Positions 10,021 to 18,329 of a stretch of 64,000 bases of DNA are shown here, in pieces; the first letter of the stretch is position 1, and each line of letters starts with the position of its first letter. The notes under the pieces were generated by a model, which saw only the letters and a list, made by a program, of their open reading frames with translations, was not told the origin of the DNA and did no database searches. This stretch comes from Deltaproteobacteria bacterium. GTDB lineage: Bacteria > Desulfobacterota > Syntrophia > Syntrophales > JAAYKM01. The stretch is from NCBI GenBank assembly GCA_012522415.1, contig JAAYKM010000032.1:2414-66413 (forward strand), written 5' to 3'. The position numbers and the translations under genes are program-made.

Positions 10021-11187
10021 ATGTCGAATCTCTTTTCTCCTTGGGCAACGGACCCGGTCCGGGGGGTTTTCCTGCGTCGGCTCAACCGCTTCGTCGTTGA
10101 ATGCGACTTGAACGGTCGGCCCGTCTCGGCCCATCTGGCCAATCCGGGTCGTCTGTGGGAGTTGCTTCTGCCGGGGGCCACAGTTTTCCTTATTCGACGG
10201 GGAAGCGTGACGGCGGGCGGCCTCATGTACAGCGCCGTAGCCGTGGAACGGGACGGCGTTCCGATACTGCTGCACACCCAGATGGCCAATCGGGTTGCTC
10301 GACATCTTCTTGAGTCAAATCGGGTTCCCGGGCTCGAGGATACGAAGATTGTCAAGGCGGAGGCGACGGTCGGACATAGCCGGTTCGATTTCCACCTTCT
10401 GCAACGGGGATGTGACATTCTTTGCGAAGTCAAGTCCTGCACCCTCTTCGGTAAATCGTTCGCCATGTTTCCCGACGCCGTGACGGAACGGGGGAGGCGT
10501 CATCTGATGGAACTGGCGGAACTGGCGGACCGGGGCTTCCACTGTGTCGTCATTTACCTTATCCACTGGTCCGGCGCCCGTTACTTTCTCCCGGATTTTC
10601 ACACGGACCCTGATTTTTCTCGGATTTTCCGTGAGGTGCGCCACAGGGTCCGTTTCTGTCCCCTGTCCGTCGGTTGGTCTTCGTCGCTTCACCTGCTTGA
10701 TCCGGTAAGGGAGGTGGATATCCCTTGGTCCGTTCTGGAACGGGAAGACTGTAACCGGGGAAGCTACCTGTTGATCCTCAATCTGGCTTCAGATCGTTCG
10801 ATTGATGTCGGGAGGCTGGGGTCAATATTTTTCCCGGCAGGTTATTATATTTACGTCGGATCGGCTCAAAAAAACTTGTCTCAGCGTGTGAACCGCCATC
10901 TGCGCCGTAAAAAGAAGCCCTTCTGGCACATCGATTACTTGAGAAATCATGCTGACAGCTGTGTTGCCGTGCCCATTCGATCCAGTGAAAACCTGGAACA
11001 TGAATTGGCAGGGGCTTTGGGTAAAATCTGTGGGCGGCAGATCCCGGATTTCGGTTCGTCGGATTGCCGCTGCCCAACCCATCTTTTCAGCTTGCCGTGT
11101 CACCCGTTGCGGTATCGGCCGTTCATCGCCCTTTTACAAACTTACCGGATGGATCGCCTGGAGGATCTGGTAGAGGTGAGTCGATGA
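10021..11187 (+). CDS. sfsA: SfsA nuclease-like protein fused to a DUF123 / GIY-YIG (Uri)-like domain
   Basis: The N-terminal ~235 aa are SfsA-like (GVFLRRLNRFVVECDLNG...AHLANPGRL). The C-terminal ~150 aa match the DUF123 pattern (GSYLLIL..GYYIYVGSA..RVNRHLRRKKKPFWHIDYL). It is one uninterrupted ORF. Confidence 0.75.
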   Translation: MSNLFSPWATDPVRGVFLRRLNRFVVECDLNGRPVSAHLANPGRLWELLLPGATVFLIRRGSVTAGGLMYSAVAVERDGVPILLHTQMANRVARHLLESNRVPGLEDTKIVKAEATVGHSRFDFHLLQRGCDILCEVKSCTLFGKSFAMFPDAVTERGRRHLMELAELADRGFHCVVIYLIHWSGARYFLPDFHTDPDFSRIFREVRHRVRFCPLSVGWSSSLHLLDPVREVDIPWSVLEREDCNRGSYLLILNLASDRSIDVGRLGSIFFPAGYYIYVGSAQKNLSQRVNRHLRRKKKPFWHIDYLRNHADSCVAVPIRSSENLEHELAGALGKICGRQIPDFGSSDCRCPTHLFSLPCHPLRYRPFIALLQTYRMDRLEDLVEVSR

Positions 11188-11234
11188 TCAATCTGGAATG
11201 TAAGAAAACTTTTTCGTCTGGGCCATCCGGAAAA

Positions 11235-11264
11235 AAAGGGGCCATGTGAAACACGACCCCCTTT
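11235..11264. terminator. hairpin between convergent sfsA and yip1-like genes
   Basis: AAAGGGG..(15 nt)..CCCCTTT is flanked by an A-run and a T-rich run. Confidence 0.45.
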
Positions 11265-11310
11265 GTTTGTATGTGATTTGCACGACAGTAATTGGCAAGG
11301 GATGAAACCG

Positions 11311-11895
11311 CTACATCATCATTGGTCCCCGGAAGACGATGCCCCGGACGATTCCATTCATGATTACCTGAATGATGATGGCAACCAGAAGGGTGGTAAC
11401 GAAGAAGCCGAGGTGTTTTTCGGCAGGTGCATCCGTCAACTGCTTGATGCCCAGGTAAAGGAGATAAAGACCGTAGAGCCCGGCGATCAGGGTGATCACC
11501 CCCAGAGCCGGAACAATCAGGAAAACGCCGCTGATCCAGAAAGGGGTCATGGAGAAAACCGCGATTTTGAAGGCAGCCCCCATATCCCGTGTAGCGCCAA
11601 AATTTTGCGAGAGACGATCAATGATTATGGCCAGCAGGTATACGCCGACCAGGCTCAGAACATAGCTCAGCAGGCAATAAACCAGACCATACTGGAGGGG
11701 CAAACGGAACGTGCCCAGGCCAAAGGAAAACCCGATGACGCTGAATCCAATAAAACCGCCCAAAGCCGGGATGGCCGCCAGGATCATGGCATATTGCTTG
11801 AAAAGATCCGCCGTCGTGCAGGTTTCGCCTTTGATCACCTCCCACTCCGAAGCCGGGGACAAAATGATGTTTTTGACTCTCTCGACCAGATTCAT
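11311..11895 (-). CDS. Yip1-family integral membrane protein
   Basis: AAGGAGG SD before ATG at 11895. 5 TM with a Yip1/DUF1282-like N-terminus (MNLVERVKNIILSPASEWEVIK). Confidence 0.65.
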   Translation of the reverse strand: MNLVERVKNIILSPASEWEVIKGETCTTADLFKQYAMILAAIPALGGFIGFSVIGFSFGLGTFRLPLQYGLVYCLLSYVLSLVGVYLLAIIIDRLSQNFGATRDMGAAFKIAVFSMTPFWISGVFLIVPALGVITLIAGLYGLYLLYLGIKQLTDAPAEKHLGFFVTTLLVAIIIQVIMNGIVRGIVFRGPMMM

Positions 11896-12037
11896 ACGCA
11901 CCTCCTTCATTCATTTTTTAAGGACCAGTTCACAACCCAAAAAATAAATTCCCCTTCCAACCTTTATTGATGTGGTCGGCTCTTTTTCCGGCCGGATTGC
12001 ATGGACGGCCATGGTCGGGTTTTCAGACGACGCTGCA

Positions 12038-12349
12038 CTATTTTATAGAGACCGGGTCACCTTTCGGTGCCATTTGGTTTTTTCGGAAGGTGTCAATGAT
12101 TCTTTTGAGGGAAGTCTGTTCGTCATCGTAGGTAATGATAATCAGATTGTCGACTCCGTCCTCGAAATGACGGATCCCCTGCATATTTTCCAGAACAACC
12201 CGTGCCCTGGCGTGACCTCCTCACGAATCGTAGCCGGGAATAGCCAGCTGGACAACGCGTTCTTCCGCATACAGGGGTATGGCGAAGAGGTTTGTCAGCA
12301 TGAACATGAAGGCGACGAGTAAGGCATGGGGAAAGAACCGGACATTCAT
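12038..12349 (-). CDS. candidate selenoprotein: secreted MerP/CopZ-like heavy-metal-associated (HMA) domain protein with in-frame UGA (Sec) at codon 43
   Basis: ATG at 12349 with AAGGA upstream. The signal-like N-terminus is MNVRFFPHALLVAFMFMLTNLFAIPLYA, followed by EERVVQLAIPGYDS, then TGA at 12223-12221. The same frame continues GGHARARVVLENMQGIRHFEDGVDNLIIITYDDEQTSLKRIIDTFRKNQMAPKGDPVSIK to TAG at 12040-12038. The joined sequence follows the HMA pattern, with the TGA at the first-Cys position of the GMTCxxC motif. It is absent from the ORF track because both halves are shorter than 60 aa. Confidence 0.6.
12190..12210 (-). promoter_or_regulatory. putative bacterial SECIS hairpin
   Basis: 10 nt after the UGA lies CCAGGGCA-[CGGGU]-UGUUCUGG, an 8-bp stem (2 G-U pairs) with a G-rich 5-nt apical loop. 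The loop starts 18 nt after the UGA, which fits the bSECIS geometry I recall. Confidence 0.5.
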
Positions 12350-12618
12350 ATTTTGTATTTCCTTCTTTGAATTCGGTACGGTCAGCAATGTAGCGGTCTT
12401 TTAGGTAAAAATCCAGAGATATTTGATTAAACTAACGGTTTTCCCGTGACCTGTCGTGAAATGAATGATCCCGTCTTGACAGGGGATCGGCATTCAATAT
12501 AGAACGAGGTCATCGATGTTCAAAAAAACGAGGACAGCAGTGTTTGTTCGACATATGGATGGCATTTCACGGATGATCCCCCGGATGCCGCATTCCTGAA
12601 AGGCAAACTGGAAACGGC

Positions 12619-13236
12619 ATGGCACTTATCACGACCGCTCCGTTTATTCTCGCTTCGGCGTCCCCAAGACGAATTGAGTTGCTGAGCACCCTGGGATTGG
12701 CTTTTACGGCGATGCCCAGTGGCGCCGATGAAAGCTGCCGGGTCGGCGAAAGCCCGACTGACCATGTGCGAAGGGTTGCCTGTATGAAGGCCAGGGCTTT
12801 GGCCATGCGCCATCCGGATGCGTGGATTCTGGGAGCTGATACCATTGTGGCCGTCGACGGCGAGGTATTGGGCAAGCCAAAAAATGCAGCAGACGCGCGA
12901 CGGATGCTGCGGCTTTTGAGTGGCCGGACGCACCGCGTTTACACCGGCTTTGCCGTCATCAGAAAATCGGTTTCCCTGATGCGCCGAAAAACAGTTCGTT
13001 CAACGGTTCTTTTCAGCTCGGTTGGAGAAGACGAGGTTGAGTGGTATATCCGAACGGGTGAACCTTACGGCAAGGCGGGGGGATATGCCATACAGGGCAA
13101 GGGGGGGGTGTTCGTTCGACGAATTTCCGGCTCCTATTCCAACGTGATCGGTCTGCCGATCAATGAGGTTTTTGAAATCCTCAAAAAAATCGGAGCCATT
13201 CATTTCGATGAGGGTTGTGGTGAACAGGTCGGTTGA
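12619..13236 (+). CDS. maf: Maf-like nucleoside triphosphate pyrophosphatase
   Basis: ILASASPRRIELL, GADTIV and YGKAGGYAIQG are motifs typical of Maf/YhdE. Confidence 0.88.
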   Translation: MALITTAPFILASASPRRIELLSTLGLAFTAMPSGADESCRVGESPTDHVRRVACMKARALAMRHPDAWILGADTIVAVDGEVLGKPKNAADARRMLRLLSGRTHRVYTGFAVIRKSVSLMRRKTVRSTVLFSSVGEDEVEWYIRTGEPYGKAGGYAIQGKGGVFVRRISGSYSNVIGLPINEVFEILKKIGAIHFDEGCGEQVG

Positions 13237-13924
13237 AAAAAATGTTGTCTGCATTCGCGAGGAAATTGCGGAAGCGGCATTCCGTAGTGGACGTGACCCT
13301 TCCGAGGTGCGTCTGATGGCGGTTACGAAAACGGTTGATGACGAACGGATCCTGGAGGCCGTTGCGGCCGGGGTTCATCTCATCGGTGAAAATTACGTAC
13401 AGGAGGCCCGGAGAAAGGTTCCGATTTTACCTGAGGATCTCGAATGGCACATGATCGGACACCTCCAGACAAATAAATCCAGGCATGCCGTTCGCCTCTT
13501 CCATATGATCCAGTCCGTTGACCGTATGGAACTGGCTAGAGAATTGAATAAACGCTGTGTGGCTGCGAACGTGGTTATGCCGGTTCTGGTGGAAGTGAAC
13601 ACGGGAGGTGAGGAAAGCAAGAGCGGGATCAGACCGGAGGAAGCGGTTCGTTTTGTCGAAACGGTTGCAACATGCGGAAATCTCTCCATTCGGGGGCTTA
13701 TGACCATGCCTCCCTGGTTTGCGGAAGCCGAGGAGGCCCGTCCATATTTCAGGGCTCTGCGGGAAATGCGTGACAGGATTACGGAGCGGCATGTTCCCGG
13801 CGTTCATATGACGGAACTCTCCATGGGGATGTCCAATGATTTTGTCGTTGCCGTGGAGGAAGGGGCAACGATTGTTCGGCTTGGGCGGGCCATCTTTGGT
13901 GAGCGCCCGCCAAAACACGTTTAA
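13208..13924 (+). CDS. yggS: YggS-family pyridoxal-phosphate homeostasis protein
   Basis: LMAVTKT (PLP lysine), IGENYVQE, HMIGHLQTNK and LSMGMSNDF. The start is uncertain; ATG 13208 overlaps the maf end. Confidence 0.85.
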   Translation: MRVVVNRSVEKNVVCIREEIAEAAFRSGRDPSEVRLMAVTKTVDDERILEAVAAGVHLIGENYVQEARRKVPILPEDLEWHMIGHLQTNKSRHAVRLFHMIQSVDRMELARELNKRCVAANVVMPVLVEVNTGGEESKSGIRPEEAVRFVETVATCGNLSIRGLMTMPPWFAEAEEARPYFRALREMRDRITERHVPGVHMTELSMGMSNDFVVAVEEGATIVRLGRAIFGERPPKHV

Positions 13925-13934
13925 TGGAGATTGC

Positions 13935-14417
13935 ATGAGGCTTCTGAAGTTCACCCTGAATGATGATGCAATCGAGATCGGGGTTCAAGACGGTGAGACA
14001 CTCCTCGAAGTGCTGCGGCACCGTTTGGGCATGACGGGGACTAAGCAGGGCTGTGACCAGGGCGAGTGCGGCAGTTGCACGGTTCTTCTGGATGGGCAAC
14101 CCGTTTTATCCTGTCTCACTTTGGCAGTTCGCGTGGATAAACGCCAGGTGACGACCATTGAAGGCCTTGCGGTGGGCGGTAATCTGCACCCTGTTCAGGG
14201 GGCCTTTCAAGAGGCTGGGGCGATTCAGTGCGGTTTCTGCACTCCGGGGATGGTTTTGACGGCCAAAGCGCTGCTGGATCGGCGGCAGGATCCTCAACGG
14301 GAGGAGATCAAGGCGGCTCTTGCGGGGAATCTCTGTCGTTGCACCGGGTACAAAAAAATCGTGGAAGCGGTTGAGCTGGCGGCAACGCGGCTGGGGAAAC
14401 ACGATGGCCGGGGATAA
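13935..14417 (+). CDS. [2Fe-2S]-binding small subunit of a xanthine dehydrogenase-family molybdoenzyme (CoxS/HcrC-like)
   Basis: GCDQGECGSCTV and QCGFCTPGM...CRCTGY are the two [2Fe-2S] motifs. Confidence 0.88.
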   Translation: MRLLKFTLNDDAIEIGVQDGETLLEVLRHRLGMTGTKQGCDQGECGSCTVLLDGQPVLSCLTLAVRVDKRQVTTIEGLAVGGNLHPVQGAFQEAGAIQCGFCTPGMVLTAKALLDRRQDPQREEIKAALAGNLCRCTGYKKIVEAVELAATRLGKHDGRG

Positions 14418-16698
14418 CGTCTACCACTGCATCGGCCGGGGCAGGCCGCGGACCGACAGCCTGGCCAAGGTGACCGGAGCGGCGCAGTTTACAGCCGATA
14501 TTCCGGTGCACCGTTGTCTGGTGGGAAAAATTCTCCGATCCCCTCATGCCCATGCCCGGATCCTCTCCATCGATACGCAAAGGGCGAAGGCCCTTCCGGG
14601 AGTCAAGGCGGTGGTCACCGGCGTGGATGCTCCGGTCAAATACGGTATTTTGCCGGTTTCCCAGGATGAATATCCCCTGGCGGTGGAAAAGGTGAGGTTT
14701 GTCGGTGATGAGGTTGCCGCGGTGGCCGCCGTCGATGAGGCAACGGCCCTGCGGGCCCTTGAACTCATTGAGGTGACCTATGAAGTGCTCCCCGTTATTC
14801 TCGATCCCCATGAGGCTCTTGTTCGGGAGGATGTAAAAATTCACGAACGGGCCGTGGAAGCCAATATTGAACGGCGGGTGCATCTGGTTTTCGGTGATCT
14901 GGAACAGGCCTTTGCCGAAGCGGATTATATCCGGGAGGATCGCTTCTTCAAAGAGGCCGCGAGTCATGCCTTTCTTGAACCTCACAGCGCCCTGGCGCAG
15001 TATCAGGACGGCAAACTCACCCTCTGGAGTTCAACCCAGGTGCCCCATTATGTCCATCGTTCCCTATCCAGCGTTCTCCGTATCCCCATGGAGAAAATCC
15101 GGGTGATCAAGCCTGCCCTGGGCGGCGGATTCGGGGGAAAAGGCGAGCCCCTGCCGCTGGAATTCGCAGCATCGCTTCTGGCCATGAAAACGGGTCGACC
15201 CGTCCGGGTCATCCACAGCAGAGAAGAGGTGTTTCTCACCCATCGGGGACGTCATCCCATGGAAATGACTCTAAAAACCGGGGTGAAACAGGATGGGACG
15301 ATCACGGCGGTTCAATTCAGCAGTCTGTTGGACGGCGGGGCCTACGGTTCCTACGGCGTTGTGACCATGATCTATTCCGGGCAATTGCTGACAGCGCCTT
15401 ATCGGGTTCCCGCTTACGCCTTTGACAGCGTGCGTGTATTCACGAACAAACCGCCTTGCGGTGCCCAACGCGGCCATGGTGGCGTACAGCCGCGTTTCGC
15501 CTTTGAAGTGCATTTGGACCGGATTGCCGCCGATCTGGGAATCGATCCCCTGGAAATACGCCGACGGAATGCCATAGAGGCGGATACGGTCACGGTGAAT
15601 GAACTGCGCATTACGTCCTGCGCATTCAAGACGTGCCTGGACCGGGTTGCGGAGACAGTGGATTGGAAGAACAAGCATGGCAAGCTGCCCTACGGAAAAG
15701 GTGTAGGCCTGGCCGGGGGATTTTATGTGACAGGGGCGGCCTATCCCATCTACGCCAATCCCATGCCTCATTCCCAGGTACAAATAAGGGTGGATCGTAA
15801 CGGGGGGGTGACCGTTTTTTCCGGTGCTTCCGACATCGGCCAGGGTTCAGATACGCTGCTGGTCATGATTACCGCGGAAACGCTCGGCATTCCGGAGACG
15901 TCGGTTCGCGTCGTTTCCGCCGACACGGAAATAACGCCGGTTGACCTCGGTTCCTATTCCAGCCGGGTGACCTTTATGGCTGGGAACGCCTGTCATCAAG
16001 CCGCTCTGGAGATCCGTGACCGTCTGCTTGCCGTCTGCGCGAAAGAACTGGAACGAAACCAGAAAGATCTGAGGTTCAGGGAAGGGCACCTATTCGCAAA
16101 GGAAGCTCGGGAGCCCCTGATGACTTTTGCCGAAGCGTCCGTTCTGGGGGAGGCCTCCGGAGTCGCCTTGTGCGCTTTGGGGAGTTATCGTCCACCGGAA
16201 TTGGCCGGTTCCTACAAGCTTGGAGGCGTGGGGCCGTCTCCGGCCTATTCCTTCGGCGCCCAGGCGGCGGAGGTGGAGGTAGACACGGAAACCGGAGAAA
16301 TCCGGGTCGTGAAAATCCACTGCGCCCATGACTTGGGGTTTGCCCTCAACCCCCTGGCTGCATCCGGTCAGGCTGAAGGGGCCGTCGTCATGGGATTCGG
16401 TGAGGCGGTGCTGGAGCATCACGGTTTTTCCCCGGGAGGCCGTCACAATGGCCCCACCTTTTTGGATTACAAAATTCCAACCTGTCTCGATGTGCCCGAT
16501 GTGGACGTTACACTCGTTGAGAGTATCGATCCGGCAGGGCCCTACGGGGCGAAGGAAATCGGCGAAGGAAGCCTTCATCCAAGCCTTCCCGCCATTGTGA
16601 ACGCTCTGTACGATGCGGTCGGTTGCTGGTTTCACGATCTGCCCCTGACGGCGGAGCGGGTTCTGGCGGCTCTTGATCACAAGGAGACTCCTTCATGA
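14404..16698 (+). CDS. molybdopterin-binding large subunit of a xanthine dehydrogenase-family enzyme (aldehyde oxidase / 4-hydroxybenzoyl-CoA reductase alpha-like)
   Basis: About 764 aa with GRPRTDSLAKVTGAAQFTADI, GGGFGGK, GAQRGHG and GAKEIGEG. The start overlaps the small-subunit stop. Confidence 0.88.
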   Translation: MAGDNVYHCIGRGRPRTDSLAKVTGAAQFTADIPVHRCLVGKILRSPHAHARILSIDTQRAKALPGVKAVVTGVDAPVKYGILPVSQDEYPLAVEKVRFVGDEVAAVAAVDEATALRALELIEVTYEVLPVILDPHEALVREDVKIHERAVEANIERRVHLVFGDLEQAFAEADYIREDRFFKEAASHAFLEPHSALAQYQDGKLTLWSSTQVPHYVHRSLSSVLRIPMEKIRVIKPALGGGFGGKGEPLPLEFAASLLAMKTGRPVRVIHSREEVFLTHRGRHPMEMTLKTGVKQDGTITAVQFSSLLDGGAYGSYGVVTMIYSGQLLTAPYRVPAYAFDSVRVFTNKPPCGAQRGHGGVQPRFAFEVHLDRIAADLGIDPLEIRRRNAIEADTVTVNELRITSCAFKTCLDRVAETVDWKNKHGKLPYGKGVGLAGGFYVTGAAYPIYANPMPHSQVQIRVDRNGGVTVFSGASDIGQGSDTLLVMITAETLGIPETSVRVVSADTEITPVDLGSYSSRVTFMAGNACHQAALEIRDRLLAVCAKELERNQKDLRFREGHLFAKEAREPLMTFAEASVLGEASGVALCALGSYRPPELAGSYKLGGVGPSPAYSFGAQAAEVEVDTETGEIRVVKIHCAHDLGFALNPLAASGQAEGAVVMGFGEAVLEHHGFSPGGRHNGPTFLDYKIPTCLDVPDVDVTLVESIDPAGPYGAKEIGEGSLHPSLPAIVNALYDAVGCWFHDLPLTAERVLAALDHKETPS

Positions 16699-17684
16699 CC
16701 CTCCCCGAACTGGATGTTCTGAAGCCAGGGACGCTTGCCGACGCGCTGCGGTTACTGAGAGAAAATCCCGATGCACGGCCGATAGCAGGAGGGACCGATC
16801 TGCTGGTTCTGATGAAACAGCGATTGGTTAATCCGAAAACTCTCATTGATGTCAGCCGACTGTCCGAATTGCAGGATATCGCGGAGCAGGACGATAGTCT
16901 TCGCATCGGCGCCGCCGTTCTCTTGACCGAAATTACGGGTAACGACCGGATCAACAGGGATTACCCCGGCCTGGCGGAAGCGGCCCGGTTCGTGGCGAGT
17001 CCAAACCTCCGGAATATGGGCACGATCGGCGGTAACATCTGTTTGACGCCCCGATGTTCATACTTCAACCAATCCCAATTTTGGCGCGACTCTCTTGGTC
17101 GCTGTCTGAAAACCGGCGGCGACGTATGTTTTGCGGTTCCCGGGGCCAGGCGCTGCTATGCCTCTTTCTGTGCAGATTGTCCCCCCGTACTGATCGCCCT
17201 GGGTGCGACTGTCACAATTGTCCGGTGGAAAAAGGGAGGTGTGACGGAACGTCGGGGTTCACTTGAGAGTATCTAGCGGGACGACGGTGTAAAGCCCTTA
17301 TCTCAGTGGCGGGACGAATTGGTGACGGCGGTGCATCTGCCCTTGAAGGGAAAAGGATATCGTTCAGCCTATTTGAAATACCGACGCCGGGCTTCCATCG
17401 ACTTTCCCCTGGCCGGTGTTGCCGTGGCCTTTGGCCTGGAAGAGGGGAAGTTCAAGAATATCCGCATCGTGCTGAACGCACTGGCCTCTTCACCGATTCT
17501 GGCAGGGGAGAGCATGGCCCGTTTGGAGGGAGAGCCATACAATGAACGTGTCGTGGAAGATGCGATGACCTGTCTGGCCCGGGGAGCGCATCCGGTTCGC
17601 AATCAGGCGGGGTCCCCGGAGCATCGTCGTCGAATGGCTGGAATTCTCTTCCGGAGGGCGGTGGGAAGACTCATCAATGTGTAG
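16695..17684 (+). pseudogene. FAD-binding medium subunit (CoxM/HcrB-like) with a Cys-rich insertion, interrupted by an in-frame TAG at 17274-17276
   Basis: The track ORFs 16695..17276 and 17319..17684 are in the same frame. The N-part has PIAGGTDL and MGTIGGNIC. The C-part has AVHLP..YRSAYLKYRRRASIDFPLAGVAV (CO-dehydrogenase flavoprotein C-domain). The stop falls where homologues have an aromatic residue (..LESI*RDDG..). Confidence 0.75.
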
Positions 17685-17849
17685 GAATAAAAAGGGGTGC
17701 ATGGGACTCACTGGCTTCGACAGGGTCGGGAAATGCATCCGATGATTTAGGTCGGACCCTGTTTCCGGTAAGCAGACTGGAAAAGCTTCCAGAGAGAGCA
17801 GGGTCTGTTTCGCCTGTGGTGGAAACGTCCGGGCAAGGCGATGGTCAGG

Positions 17850-18314
17850 CTAAAGCAGGTGATCTGGAACACGGACCGCGACAACCTCGCCTTTGACACA
17901 GGTTTCTCCTTTTGCCCGCAGAACGATATCGACCACAACACGGCGGCCCCGTATGTCCCGAACCTTGCCGCGAAGCTCCAGTGTGGTGTCGATTGGCGTC
18001 GGTTTCAGGTAATCCACGTGCAGGGATGCCGTGACAAATCTCAAATGCGGTGCCGTTCCCATGTCTCGGCCAGCCGCACGGTATGCGGCGGCGGCGGCCG
18101 TTCCGGTGCCATGACAGTCAATGACTGATGCCAGAATGCCACCGTAGACGTAGCCGGCCATTGCTGTGTGATAGGAATGGGGGGTGAACCGGCAAACGGA
18201 TTCATCTCCGTCCCAGTAACTCTTTATTTTCAATCCCATATCATTAAGACGGCCACAACCGAAACAGATACTGTGCGCGTCTTCGTAATAATTCTGAAAA
18301 GCCTTGTCATTCAT
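17850..18314 (-). CDS. PaaI/4HBT-type hotdog-fold thioesterase
   Basis: 154 aa with CFGCG followed by HTAMAGYVYGGILASVIDCHGTG, typical of PaaI-family thioesterases. Confidence 0.75.
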   Translation of the reverse strand: MNDKAFQNYYEDAHSICFGCGRLNDMGLKIKSYWDGDESVCRFTPHSYHTAMAGYVYGGILASVIDCHGTGTAAAAAYRAAGRDMGTAPHLRFVTASLHVDYLKPTPIDTTLELRGKVRDIRGRRVVVDIVLRAKGETCVKGEVVAVRVPDHLL

Positions 18315-18329
18315 GTCATCTCCATTGCT

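Noticed and set aside
11972-12322. 116-aa plus-strand ORF from the track
   Set aside because: It has no recognisable family and an odd composition. It is codon-phase-aligned antisense to the minus-strand HMA-like gene, whose two halves show real family features, an SD and a signal peptide. I treat it as a shadow ORF.
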